A stretch of 63,161 bases of DNA, counting the filler. It is 5 parts of 5 records of this genome, joined end to end, with 100 filler letters (N's around TTAATTAATTAA, not from the genome) between each part and the next. Parts side by side here need not be neighbours in the genome. Positions count along the whole stretch, not along the records: positions 52,664 to 57,845 come from SRR31156797_11267; positions 57,946 to 63,161 come from SRR31156797_11314; 3 more parts are not named here. One strand, written 5' to 3'. The notes beneath the pieces were generated by a model that saw nothing but the letters and a program-made list of their open reading frames with translations, was not told where the DNA came from and made no database searches. Positions 52,742-62,812 of this stretch are shown in pieces (position 1 is the first letter of the stretch; the number at the start of each line of letters is the position of its first letter). The translations under genes and the position numbers were made by a program.

Positions 52742-52806
52742 TCTTTTTTGCTTCGTTTTTTGGATCAAGCCAAAAAGATGAAGTCGGGTTTGGGCGGATA
52801 GCCCAA
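52742..52806. repeat. Structured repeat module related to 135-188
   Basis: TTGCTTCGTTTTTTGG-ATCAAG-CCAAAAAGATGAAG hairpin, then TTGGGC-GGATA-GCCCAA; near the contig start. Confidence 0.5.
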
Positions 52807-52853
52807 TTGCATGACGTATAAAATAACATTGAAACCTAATAAATATCCTTTCC

Positions 52854-53867
52854 ATGATTAAAAATATTGTGTTGATTTTTACGCTGAGTATACTGCTCAT
52901 TTCATGTAAACAAGCTAATACAGATGCCATTTCTATTAATGGACGGGATATTTTAGTAAACGATTCTGTTTATACAATTAGGGGGATATGTTATCATCCT
53001 GTGCCAAAAGGGAGCGATCAAAGAAGTTTTGATAATTTGAAGGAAGATTTGGCTTTAATGAAAGAGGCAGGAATCAATACTATTCGTGTGTATGAACCAA
53101 TTACAGAGCTTTCTGTTCTTGATAAAATACATGAATCTGGTTTGAAAGTGATCATTGGCTTTGGCTACAATCAGGGAGGAGAGAATGATATTCTATCCGG
53201 AACTTTTATCGATTACGTAAATACGTTCAAAAACCACGAGGCAATTTTGATGTGGGAATTGGGCAATGAATACAATTATCATCCAGAGTGGTTTCAGGGA
53301 GACATGAAAAATTGGTACACAGCTATGAATAATGCAGCAAAACTAATTCATGAGCAAGATCCATTACATCCTGTTACAACAGCACATGGAGAATTGCCAG
53401 ATGCTTTGGCTTTAAGCATGTGCCCTAATATTGATGTTTGGGGAATGAATGTGTATCGCTGGGACAATCCGGAAGAGATATTTTCACAGTGGGCTGATGT
53501 AAGTGATAAGCCGATGTATTTATCGGAGGCTGGCGCAGACAGTTATATGACCATCGAAAAAAGTGGTTACAGCAAAGGCGCAAACGAGTTGGCTCAAGCC
53601 GATGCTACAACTAATATTTTAGATGCCACATTTCGAAATCAGGAAATTTGTTCGGGTGTAACTCTTTTTGCTTTTGTAGATGAATTGTGGAAAGCAGGTA
53701 ATAATGATGTTTTAGATACAGGTGGATGGGCTCCAAATAGCAGTGGCGTTCCTTACGATGGAGCTCCTAATGAAGAGTATTGGGGAATTGTAGATATAGA
53801 TCGGAACAAGAAAAAGGCTTTTCAGATCGTCAAAGAGAAGTACACCAATTTATCGAAGTCAAATTAG
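52854..53867 (+). CDS. Clan GH-A glycoside hydrolase (GH2-like TIM barrel), lipoprotein
   Basis: Lipobox LISC; GINTIRVY, WELGNEY (acid/base), LSEAGAD (nucleophile), EEYWGIVD. Confidence 0.82.
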   Translation: MIKNIVLIFTLSILLISCKQANTDAISINGRDILVNDSVYTIRGICYHPVPKGSDQRSFDNLKEDLALMKEAGINTIRVYEPITELSVLDKIHESGLKVIIGFGYNQGGENDILSGTFIDYVNTFKNHEAILMWELGNEYNYHPEWFQGDMKNWYTAMNNAAKLIHEQDPLHPVTTAHGELPDALALSMCPNIDVWGMNVYRWDNPEEIFSQWADVSDKPMYLSEAGADSYMTIEKSGYSKGANELAQADATTNILDATFRNQEICSGVTLFAFVDELWKAGNNDVLDTGGWAPNSSGVPYDGAPNEEYWGIVDIDRNKKKAFQIVKEKYTNLSKSN

Positions 53868-53885
53868 TTTTTCAAATTCCAAGGA

Positions 53886-54845
53886 ATGAAAAATATACTA
53901 TTGATTTTACTGATCATTTTTGCCTTTAATAGTTCAGCTCAGCAAAGAAAAGACGCGAATATGAAATACATTCTTAAAAATAGCAATCTTGAAATTTGTA
54001 TTGATTTTCCCTTAAAGAATTATCAGTTTTCAAGATTCGATTGGACGGGTAAAATCGCAGCCGTAAAATTTAAAGGCATTCCTGTTTCCACTCAAGAAAA
54101 AATAAGTGGAGATAAAGAGAATATTTATGGCAAAGGTTTTTACAATGAGTTTGGTATTGAAATGCCCATTGGTTTTGATGATATAAAAGAGGGTGAGTAT
54201 TTTCCTAAAATCGGGATAGGATCCTTAAAAAAGGAGGGAAAGAATTATGTTTTTAGCAAGAAGTATGAAATTCTACCAGCCAATTTTAAGGTGACAACAG
54301 AAAAGAATAAGCTAATTGTAGAATGTGAATCAAAAAGTATGAATGGTTATTCCTATGTTCTGAGAAAAGAAACAGAACTACTGGAAAGTAGTTTTATAAT
54401 TCGATACAGCCTACGAAATACAGGAGTAAAAACCATTACAACCAATGAATACTGTCACAATTTTTTAGCCATCAATAAAGAGTTAATGGGAAGTGATTAC
54501 ATCTTAAAATTTCCATTCGATCTCAATGCGGAATTATTTGATGCAGCACTAAATCCAGAAGGAAAAGTGATGGTTGAAAAGGAGAAAATTACTTTCAATA
54601 GCACGCCTGAAGAACAATTCTTTTATGGAAATCTTACAGGTAATAAAATGGTTGATGCAAGTTGGGAGTTAATTAATACGAAGAGCAAGATTGGAATAAG
54701 GGAAACAGGAAGCTTTAAAACAAACAAAGTAAACCTATGGGGATGGAAACATGTGATAAGCCCGGAATTGTTTTTCGATTTAAGCGTGGAACCCGGAAAG
54801 ACCATCGAATGGTCTCGAGCCTATGCCGTTTATGAAGTTGAATAG
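53886..54845 (+). CDS. Secreted hypothetical protein, possibly galactose mutarotase-like fold
   Basis: Signal peptide; beta-rich; RFDWTG, YCHNF, SPELF..L.VEPG..IEWSR tail. Confidence 0.55.
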   Translation: MKNILLILLIIFAFNSSAQQRKDANMKYILKNSNLEICIDFPLKNYQFSRFDWTGKIAAVKFKGIPVSTQEKISGDKENIYGKGFYNEFGIEMPIGFDDIKEGEYFPKIGIGSLKKEGKNYVFSKKYEILPANFKVTTEKNKLIVECESKSMNGYSYVLRKETELLESSFIIRYSLRNTGVKTITTNEYCHNFLAINKELMGSDYILKFPFDLNAELFDAALNPEGKVMVEKEKITFNSTPEEQFFYGNLTGNKMVDASWELINTKSKIGIRETGSFKTNKVNLWGWKHVISPELFFDLSVEPGKTIEWSRAYAVYEVE

Positions 54846-54886
54846 TAATAGATTTCTATAAAAGTTAATGGGGAGTAATTAAAGAG

Positions 54887-55435
54887 ATGAAAATACATAT
54901 AAAAGACAGACTTGAATTATCCTTATCTGAGATTCGTAAAATTTTAGAATTACTTACCTCCATTTGGCCTCCACAAGTGGGTTTCGTTGATACTGAAAAA
55001 ATGATTCAGGATTATTCACGTAAGAATTTAAGTTCATTTAATAAGGTTCTCTTGTATTTTAAAGGAGAAGAGTTGATTGGCCATACCGAAATATTTAATC
55101 GGGAAATTATTGTTGATTCTGAGAGAAAGGAAATATTGGCCTTGGCTGGAGTTTGTGTTAAACCAGAATACCGAGGTAAAGATATTGGATATAGTCTGGT
55201 GGAGAATGCATTCAGATACGTAGACAATGGACAATTTTCTTGTTCAATATTTCAAACTAATGTGCCGGGATTTTATGAGAGATTCGATTGCAAACAAATC
55301 CAGAATAAATTTATTAATGGAAAAAGTACTATTGGAATAAATATAAATCCTTGGAGGGATCCGTACGTTATGGTTTATCCTGAAACCTGTATTGTAGGAG
55401 ATAATGACATAGATTTAAATGGAGAAGGCTATTAA
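54887..55435 (+). CDS. GNAT N-acetyltransferase
   Basis: LAGVCVKPEYRGKDIG motif A; FYERF. Confidence 0.85.
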   Translation: MKIHIKDRLELSLSEIRKILELLTSIWPPQVGFVDTEKMIQDYSRKNLSSFNKVLLYFKGEELIGHTEIFNREIIVDSERKEILALAGVCVKPEYRGKDIGYSLVENAFRYVDNGQFSCSIFQTNVPGFYERFDCKQIQNKFINGKSTIGININPWRDPYVMVYPETCIVGDNDIDLNGEGY

Positions 55436-55525
55436 TTAAAGAAAAGTATTCAATACTAAGTATTAATATCCAACACTGCAATTAGGATTATATAGAAAGG
55501 ATTTATAGCACTTAAATTAAAGAAA

Positions 55526-56317
55526 ATGAAAATAACAGCTCTAAGTTCCTGTTGTGTAGATTTTTTTCCGGAATTAGAAAAAGTATATGTTGGAGGAAAT
55601 TCCCTGAATTTCGCAACCCAATGCAAACTTTCTAATATAACTGATATATCGGTAATGGGTGCAGTTGGTGAAGATTGGTATGGAGATCTTATCGAGCAAC
55701 ATTTGGATAAATGTAATATTGACCGATCCAGATTGTATCGCTTAAATGTTCCCACAGCTTCCAATCGAATTTACATTAATGAGCAAGGAGATCGTTATTT
55801 TAAGGAGAATAGTTGGAATGGAGGTGCTTTTGATAAATTTCGTTTGTCTGAAGAAGACTGGTTGTACATGGAAAATAGGGACATTATTGCAATGCCTGCA
55901 GGCGATCCTAATTTAGATTCGCTATTGGAGAGAAGGATCCAAAACCAGCTTGTGGTAATTGATTTTCTGGATTACCATAGCATTGAATTCATTGAAAAAC
56001 GAATTGAGCATATTGATATTGTATTTTTAAGTGCCAATGAAAATAGGTTTGATAGTTTGAAAAAGTTGGCATTTAAATCAGGTAAGATGATTGTGGCTAC
56101 TATAGGAAGCGAGGGAAGTGTGGCATTCTATAAAGATTCAATTTTTCGTCAGGAAGCTATCCATGTAGATAAAATTATTGATACTACTGGGTGTGGTGAT
56201 GCATATCAAGCAGCATTTATGATTGAATGGTTTACATCGAAAGATGTGAAAAAAGCTATGCTAGAGGGAAGTTTGGCGGCAAGTAAAGTCCTGTCTTTCA
56301 TAGGAGGAGTTGAGTAA
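55526..56317 (+). CDS. PfkB-family kinase, FrlD (fructosamine kinase)-like
   Basis: CVDFFPEL..VGGNSLN, GAVGEDWYG, GDRYF, FRLSEED, DTTGCGDAY. Confidence 0.8.
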   Translation: MKITALSSCCVDFFPELEKVYVGGNSLNFATQCKLSNITDISVMGAVGEDWYGDLIEQHLDKCNIDRSRLYRLNVPTASNRIYINEQGDRYFKENSWNGGAFDKFRLSEEDWLYMENRDIIAMPAGDPNLDSLLERRIQNQLVVIDFLDYHSIEFIEKRIEHIDIVFLSANENRFDSLKKLAFKSGKMIVATIGSEGSVAFYKDSIFRQEAIHVDKIIDTTGCGDAYQAAFMIEWFTSKDVKKAMLEGSLAASKVLSFIGGVE

Positions 56318-56366
56318 TATCACAAGAAAACAAAATTAAGTATACCCTTAATATAACAAATAGAAC

Positions 56367-57728
56367 ATGAGTAAGATTGAGTCAAAGTTATCCTTAAAAG
56401 AAAAAGTAGGTTACAGTCTAGGAGATACAGCTTCTCATTTTGTATGGGATATGGTAGGCTTTTGGATTCTGATATTTTATACCGATACATTTGGAATTTC
56501 AGCAGCTGCAGCAGGAACCATCATGTTAATTGCTCGTTTTTGGGATATGATTAGTGATCCAATTATGGGTATTATTGCCGACCGTACCAAAACTCGATGG
56601 GGAAAGTTTCGACCTTATATTTTATGGATGGCTTTACCGTATAGCGTGCTGGCTGTTCTTACTTTTACAACACCCGATTTAGGAGCGACAGGTAAGGTGA
56701 TCTACGCAGGAGTTACATACATCTTGTTGATGTCTGTTTTTACAGCTATAAACCTCCCATATTCCTCTTTAGGAGCCGTTATGACATCTGATTCTTATGA
56801 ACGTGCAGGCTTAAACTCATACCGATTTATATTTGCTTTTATTGGGCAGTTTATTGTCTCGGGAACGGCTCTAAGTTTGGCTTTGTATTTCGGAGGTGGT
56901 GACAATGCAAAAGGATATCAATACACTTTAATTCTATTTTCGATTATCAGTTTTGCCTTGTTCATGATTACTTTCAAAACCACAAAAGAAAGAGTTCAGC
57001 CCCCTAAAAAACAAAAAGAAAACTTAAAAGAAGATTTTAAAAACCTATTTAAAAACAAGCCCTGGGTAATTCTGTTTTTTGTGGGTATTATTTCGTTTAT
57101 CATGTTTGCAATGCAAAATTTATCCATTGCTTACTACTTTAAATATTACATAGGAAATGAAGAAAATGTACAATTGTTTAATGTGATTGGGACGGTTGCT
57201 TTAATTGTAGCAATTCCTTTCTCAAAACCATTGGCAAAACGATTCGGAAAACGTAATGTGTTTTTGGCTAGTTCATTACTTTCCGGATTTTTCTTCATCT
57301 GCCTATACATTCCCAATGCAGAGAATACTGCAATGATATATGCCTTTAATATTTTGGCAAAAATGGCATACGCACCTGCCGTTCCATTACTATGGACCAT
57401 GCTTGCCGATACAGCTGATTACTCGGAGTGGAAAACAGGAAGAAGATCAACTGGCTTGGTATTTTCTGCAGCCACTTTTGCACAAAAAGCTGGTTGGGGA
57501 ATAGGTGGAGCTTTGGCAGGTTGGTTATTGGCAATATTCCAATTTACGCCCAATGCAGAACAAACCGAAACAGCCATAACCGGAATAAAACTCATGATTT
57601 CGGTAATACCAGGAATTTTGTACATGTCCTGCGCCATTCTCTTGTATTTCTACACCATCGATCATGATACCTGCGTGATCATGAAAACCGATTTAGACAA
57701 AAGAAGATTGGTGGAAGCTTCTCTATGA
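56367..57728 (+). CDS. MFS glycoside-pentoside-hexuronide:cation symporter
   Basis: EKVGYSLGD, DPIMGIIADRTKTRWGKFRPY, LADTADYSEWKTGRR. Confidence 0.92.
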   Translation: MSKIESKLSLKEKVGYSLGDTASHFVWDMVGFWILIFYTDTFGISAAAAGTIMLIARFWDMISDPIMGIIADRTKTRWGKFRPYILWMALPYSVLAVLTFTTPDLGATGKVIYAGVTYILLMSVFTAINLPYSSLGAVMTSDSYERAGLNSYRFIFAFIGQFIVSGTALSLALYFGGGDNAKGYQYTLILFSIISFALFMITFKTTKERVQPPKKQKENLKEDFKNLFKNKPWVILFFVGIISFIMFAMQNLSIAYYFKYYIGNEENVQLFNVIGTVALIVAIPFSKPLAKRFGKRNVFLASSLLSGFFFICLYIPNAENTAMIYAFNILAKMAYAPAVPLLWTMLADTADYSEWKTGRRSTGLVFSAATFAQKAGWGIGGALAGWLLAIFQFTPNAEQTETAITGIKLMISVIPGILYMSCAILLYFYTIDHDTCVIMKTDLDKRRLVEASL

Positions 57729-57769
57729 AAATAATGTGATAGGTAGTGGTTACCTTCATTTGGTTTGGT

Positions 57770-57799
57770 AAGCCCACTTCGGAAACGGAGTGGGCTTTT
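57770..57799 (+). terminator. Intrinsic terminator after the MFS gene
   Basis: AAGCCCACTTCG-GAAA-CGGAGTGGGCTTTT. A second hairpin TCGTCACC/GGTGACGA (57822-57845) with an A tract may terminate an unseen convergent gene. Confidence 0.75.
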
Positions 57800-57845
57800 A
57801 TCATCTTTTATAAACAAAAAATCGTCACCGGATGAAGGGTGACGA

Positions 57846-57945
57846 NNNNNNNNNNNNNNNNNNNNNNNNNNNNNNNNNNNNNNNNNNNNTTAATTAATTA
57901 ANNNNNNNNNNNNNNNNNNNNNNNNNNNNNNNNNNNNNNNNNNNN
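57846..57945. other. Artificial contig spacer
   Basis: 44 N + TTAATTAATTAA + 44 N. Confidence 0.98.
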
Positions 57946-58678
57946 TACTTTGATCATAATCCCCTACACAAAACAAAGATTTTGGTCTAAAACCATCTAA
58001 TAATCTTCCTTGCAGTGGATTTGTATCTTGATATTCATCAACTAAAATCTCTTTAAAAGGAAACTCTTCCTCTTTTAATGTATCAAGCATAATAGTTAAC
58101 AAATCATCAAAATTTGCATATCCGTATTTTATTTTCAGTTCATTAAACTCTAAAACTACATCGGCATAAATAGCCACATACAATTCATGGTCTGGATTTC
58201 TATTTAAAATCCATTTTTCAAAAGTTTCCCCATCATTTGAGTTTAAAAACAATGAATACATATCATACAAATATCCACCATCATAAGGGTTTGCATCATC
58301 ATGTCTATCATAAAAAACCCTCTTTTCATATAGAGATTTAAAAAGTGTTTTTAGCTCACTTGGTTGTTTTAGTGTAATATTTATATTTAGTTGTTTTAAA
58401 AGTTTGTAGGAAACAGAGTGAAATGTTCCTGCCATAATCTTTTGAGCAATCTCTTTACCAAAAAATTTAGCTACCCTTTGAACCATCTCAGCAGCTGCTT
58501 TATTTGTAAAAGTTAATAATAAGATTTCATCAGGTTTTACACCACCATTTATAAGATTTGCAATTCTTCCTACAATAGTTGATGTTTTTCCTGTTCCTGC
58601 ACTCGCAATAATAAGATTATATCCAGTAGGACAGGTAGCAGCACTTAGCTGGTCTTCATTTAAATTTGATAATGGCAT
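57946..58678 (-). CDS. UvrD/Rep-family helicase (3' truncated)
   Basis: LNEDQ, ASAGTGKT, LTFTNKAA, GTFHS, VDEYQDTN, VGDYDQS. Confidence 0.92.
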
Positions 58679-58746
58679 TTAGTGATATACTCTTTGATAG
58701 TTTTTTTATGTGGCGAATGTTAGCAATAAAGTACTTTAATCTGGGT

Positions 58747-58864
58747 AAAAAAAAAGCTCCTTTTGCAAGGAGCTTTTTTACACACACAAGGAAACAAATT
58801 GGAAAATTTAAAAATTCGCAGTTTTTAAATTATTAAGAAGAATCTCTTTGTCTTCTTAACCCAT
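58747..58864 (-). ncRNA. Candidate small RNA (about 118 nt)
   Basis: Minus-strand TATAAT at 58876-58871, two perfect hairpins, unpaired UUUCCUU, intrinsic terminator; the 5' AUG reads AUG GGU UAA. Confidence 0.65.
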
Positions 58865-58870
58865 AAGAAA

Positions 58871-58924
58871 ATTATACAAATTGAGTATTAATAATTAAGT
58901 AACAAAAGGTTAATCAATAGTTAA
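58871..58924 (-). promoter_or_regulatory. sigma70 -10 box plus four 11-bp-phased direct repeats
   Basis: Minus strand TTAAC-N6-TTAAC-N6-TTACT-N6-TTAAT (58924-58887), then TATAAT. Confidence 0.55.
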
Positions 58925-58935
58925 TAATAGAACTT

Positions 58936-59490
58936 TTAGGTTCTATTTTTCCTAATAATATTTTGTAATAATTTAAAGTATCCAATTACTAAGATTGCCA
59001 GTATATAGATAAGCTGTAGGATTGTTAAACTTTTTTGAGCCATTACAAAATGTATTGTTATCAAAATCAATGCTAAATAAACAAATTTATGATAATTTTT
59101 AAATCTTTTAAATAGATTTCTTGAAGAAGTTATTGCCATAAACGACAATATAAAGAAAGCTACCATTCCTAGATAGATAAAGGGCTTATCCAAACTCTCT
59201 TCTATCATAAATTCTAAATCAAACTGTGCATCTAAAATATAGAAATTCAAAAGATGTAAAAAAGCGTAAAAGAAGCCAAATAAACCTATTTGTCTTCTAT
59301 ATTTTATTAGGTTTATTTTGTTTTTGATTAATGATAAAGTGATAGAAAAAAACAATATTACAGTTGCACTTACACCAGTTATTGTATAGATATACTTTAT
59401 AGGGTCAATTACACTTTGAAAAATAAATAATTCAAAAAGCATAAATATAAAAGGAACAAGAAAGGTTATAAATAAGGCAACTCTTTTCAT
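58936..59490 (-). CDS. msrQ: Heme-binding membrane subunit MsrQ
   Basis: RRQIGLFGFFYAFLH, MAITS, HKFVY...IH; downstream of msrP. Confidence 0.85.
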   Translation of the reverse strand: MKRVALFITFLVPFIFMLFELFIFQSVIDPIKYIYTITGVSATVILFFSITLSLIKNKINLIKYRRQIGLFGFFYAFLHLLNFYILDAQFDLEFMIEESLDKPFIYLGMVAFFILSFMAITSSRNLFKRFKNYHKFVYLALILITIHFVMAQKSLTILQLIYILAILVIGYFKLLQNIIRKNRT

Positions 59491-59500
59491 AATAATTCTT

Positions 59501-60460
59501 TTAAATATATTTTCTTAAATCCATTCCCTTATAAAGATGTGCAACCTCACCTTCATAACCATTAAACATTAGTGTTTTTTGTTTGAAAAAACTTCCTAAG
59601 ACTCTTTCTCTTTTTTGAGACCATCTAGGGTGGTCAACATTTGGGTTTACATTTGCATAAAATCCATACTCTTTTGGGTTTTCTTTTTGCCAAGAGTTTA
59701 AAGGTTCTTTATCTGTAAAAGATATTCTTGCAATTGACTTTACTGATTTAAAACCATATTTCCAAGGAACAATAAGTCTTAACGGAGCGCCATTTTGCTT
59801 TGGCATTTTTGAACCATAGAGCCCAACTGCGATTATTGTCAAGTCATTCATAGCTTCATCCATTCTAAGCCCTTCAACATAAGGGTAAGATATAGTTGAA
59901 AAAACTCCTCTTGCTTGGTCAGGAAACATCTCTTCATCAAGTAAAGTTTCAAATCTAATATATTTTGCAGATGATAAGGGTTTTAGATATTTTATAAATT
60001 CTGAAAGTTTAAATCCAATCCAAGGTACAACCATAGACCAACCCTCAACACATCTAAATCTATAGATTCTCTCTTCAAGTTGAACATTTTTTATAAACTT
60101 GTCAAATCTTATAATTTGTTCTTTTTCAACTAAACCATCAACAATAATATCCCAGTTATTTGGTTCAAGGGTTGAAGATAGAGGTTTAACACCTTTTTTG
60201 CTTGTAGTAAACTCATAAAAGTTGTTATAAGAAGTTATCTCTTCATAAGTGTTTAGTTTTAGATTATTAGGATTATTGTCTTTTACAAATTGTAAATTTT
60301 GTACTGGAATTTCATCTTTTGCTAAAAGTTCAACAACACTTGAACTTGCTACTAAAGAAGCTGCTCCTAGTTTTAAAAAGTCTCTTCTTTTTTCAAAAAT
60401 CTCTTTTGGTGTCACTTCATTTTCACTAATTTGCCAAGGCTCTTTTTTCAAATAAAACAT
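59501..60460 (-). CDS. msrP: Methionine sulfoxide reductase catalytic subunit MsrP
   Basis: Tat motif [44 protein letters not shown]. Confidence 0.95.
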   Translation of the reverse strand: MFYLKKEPWQISENEVTPKEIFEKRRDFLKLGAASLVASSSVVELLAKDEIPVQNLQFVKDNNPNNLKLNTYEEITSYNNFYEFTTSKKGVKPLSSTLEPNNWDIIVDGLVEKEQIIRFDKFIKNVQLEERIYRFRCVEGWSMVVPWIGFKLSEFIKYLKPLSSAKYIRFETLLDEEMFPDQARGVFSTISYPYVEGLRMDEAMNDLTIIAVGLYGSKMPKQNGAPLRLIVPWKYGFKSVKSIARISFTDKEPLNSWQKENPKEYGFYANVNPNVDHPRWSQKRERVLGSFFKQKTLMFNGYEGEVAHLYKGMDLRKYI

Positions 60461-60525
60461 TCTAAATCCTTTTTAGATATTAATGAAATTTTAGGTGAAA
60501 AATGTTTAGTTTCTGTGTAGGAGGA

Positions 60526-60551
60526 TTTTGAGGAGCAAAAACTCCTCGAAA
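60526..60551 (-). terminator. Hairpin after tpx
   Basis: TTTTGAGGAG...CTCCTCGAAA stem; no clear U tract. Confidence 0.4.
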
Positions 60552-60556
60552 AGTTA

Positions 60557-61045
60557 TTATTTGATTGCTGCTAACGCGGCATCATAATTTGGTTCTTCAG
60601 TTATTTCAGGACAAATCTCTTTGTAAGTAACAACTCCGTTATCATCAGTAACAAAAACTGCTCTACAAGTTACACCTGCCAAAGGACCATCAGCAATTAA
60701 TACTCCAAAAGCATTTGAAAAGTCTTTATTTCTAAAATCACTTCCAACTTTTAGGTTTTCAATACCTTCAGTTGTACAAAATCTTCCCGCTGCAAAAGGT
60801 AAATCCATTGATACTACAACTACTTCAATATCAGATTGTGCTGCATCTTCATTAAACTTTCTAGTTTCAGCTGCGCATACGGCAGTATCTAAAGATGGAA
60901 CAACAATAAGCATTTGAGCTTTTCCGCCAATTTCAATGTCTGATAAATCTTGCCCTACTACTTTTACAATAGGAGCTTTATCTCCAACATTTACTTCAGT
61001 TCCAGCAAGGTTAACAAGGTTTCCTTTTAATTTAGTTGTTGCCAT
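60557..61045 (-). CDS. tpx: Thiol peroxidase
   Basis: VPSLDTAVC, SMDLPFA.GRFC, EEPNYD. Confidence 0.95.
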   Translation of the reverse strand: MATTKLKGNLVNLAGTEVNVGDKAPIVKVVGQDLSDIEIGGKAQMLIVVPSLDTAVCAAETRKFNEDAAQSDIEVVVVSMDLPFAAGRFCTTEGIENLKVGSDFRNKDFSNAFGVLIADGPLAGVTCRAVFVTDDNGVVTYKEICPEITEEPNYDAALAAIK

Positions 61046-61179
61046 TATTTGCCTTTTTGTAAAATTTTGGCGAACTATACTTACAAGTATAAATTCTAAT
61101 TTTATTCTATCAATATTTTTATATTATTGACTTAAATACTAGTTAAAGGCTAATTCCTAGCCTTTTATGTAACAATATG

Positions 61180-62010
61180 TTATTTGAGCTTTATTGAATC
61201 TTCTGAAAGTTCAATTTTCCCCTCATCGATTAGTTTTGTTAAGGCTGCTTTAAAAGCTTTTTTACTCAAACCAAACACCTCTTTTATCTTTTCTGGTTCA
61301 CTTTTATAAGTAAAAGGTAACTCTTTTTCTACTTCCAATATTTCCAAAACTTTATTAGGATTATCTTCTGTAGTTTTAGCTCCAATTTTTTGTAATGAAA
61401 TATCTAGTTTTCCATCTTCTCTTATATTTTTTACATAAGCTCTTTTTTTATCACCTACTTCAATTTTCTCAAAAACCTCATTGTGATAAATCAAACCTTC
61501 ATATTTATTATCAACTACAACTTTAAAACCTAAGGGTGTTTTTATATATAATAAAATATCAACTTCACTATTTTGTTCATATCCTACAGGCTCTTTTGAT
61601 AATGTAAACTTTTCATTTCCAATTAAACGATGAGTTCTTTCATCTTCTACTATTTGAACTACTTTTCTACTTCCAATTGTAAAAGTTGATTTTTGTTTAT
61701 TTTTAGGAACTAATAAATCTTTTGTTAACCCCATATCCATAAAAGCACCAAATTTTGCTATATCAACAACTTCAAGTGAAGCAAAATCGTTTTTCATTCC
61801 ATAAGGTTTTAGTGTTGTTGCAACAAGTCTATCTTCACTATCTGTATAAATAAATACATCTAATAATGAGTCAATTTCCATTGAACTTGTAACATAACAA
61901 TTTGGTAAAAGTACCTCTTCTTCATCTTCTGCTTTTAGATAAATTCCTGGTTCTGACACCCTTGCAACTTTTAGACTGTTTATTACACCCAGTTCTATTT
62001 TTTTATTCAT
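61180..62010 (-). CDS. CvfB-like S1 RNA-binding protein
   Basis: FIYTDSEDRLVAT, FGAFMDMGL.KDLLVP, C-terminal wHTH FGLSKKAFKAAL. Confidence 0.88.
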   Translation of the reverse strand: MNKKIELGVINSLKVARVSEPGIYLKAEDEEEVLLPNCYVTSSMEIDSLLDVFIYTDSEDRLVATTLKPYGMKNDFASLEVVDIAKFGAFMDMGLTKDLLVPKNKQKSTFTIGSRKVVQIVEDERTHRLIGNEKFTLSKEPVGYEQNSEVDILLYIKTPLGFKVVVDNKYEGLIYHNEVFEKIEVGDKKRAYVKNIREDGKLDISLQKIGAKTTEDNPNKVLEILEVEKELPFTYKSEPEKIKEVFGLSKKAFKAALTKLIDEGKIELSEDSIKLK

Positions 62011-62804
62011 TTTTTTCCTAATAATTTAAAAATCAACAATGTTAATACTCCAACAACAATAATACTAGCTCCTGAGCTGATATCATAATAATAAGAGATA
62101 CATAATCCAACCAATGTAAACAGTGTAGCTAAAATTGAACTAAGAATCATCATTGATGATAATTTTTTTGCAAACATCTCTGCAAGATATGTTGGAATTG
62201 TAAGCAACGCAATCACTAAAATCAAACCAACAACTTTTATAGCCCCTACTACACTTAATCCTGATAAAATCAATATCAATGTGTAAAAGAACTTAACATT
62301 TATTCCTCTTAATTGAGCAAATTCACTATCATAAGAAACTGCTAATATCTCTTTATAAAATAGTGCTACAAGACCTATAATAAACCCATCTAATATCAAT
62401 AGATAAGTTAAATCTTCACTGGAAACTGCAATAATAGAACCAAATAAATAGCTCATTAAATCAACATTATATCCAGGAGTCAAATCTACAAAAATAATCC
62501 CTAAGGCCATTCCAAATGCCCACATAATACCAATTATTGAATCTATTCTATTTCTATTTTTTAGAGTAAGAAAAGATATTATCACAGCTGTGGCAACCGC
62601 AAAAATTGTAGCTCCAAATAAAATAGGTAAACCTAAAAATATAGCTAAACCTATTCCACCATAAGAACTATGTGCAATTCCACCTGCTAAAAAAGTTATC
62701 TTATTTGATACAACCAAAGAACCAATAATCCCTGCTGCAATAGATACTAAAACTCCTGAGATTATTGCATTTTGTATAAAATCATACTGTAAAGCTTCTA
62801 ACAT
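62007..62804 (-). CDS. Zn/Mn ABC transporter permease (ZnuB-like)
   Basis: GGIAHSSYGG, LMSYLFGSI, VVGLILVIALLTIP. Confidence 0.9.
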   Translation of the reverse strand: MLEALQYDFIQNAIISGVLVSIAAGIIGSLVVSNKITFLAGGIAHSSYGGIGLAIFLGLPILFGATIFAVATAVIISFLTLKNRNRIDSIIGIMWAFGMALGIIFVDLTPGYNVDLMSYLFGSIIAVSSEDLTYLLILDGFIIGLVALFYKEILAVSYDSEFAQLRGINVKFFYTLILILSGLSVVGAIKVVGLILVIALLTIPTYLAEMFAKKLSSMMILSSILATLFTLVGLCISYYYDISSGASIIVVGVLTLLIFKLLGKK

Positions 62805-62812
62805 TAAATTTC

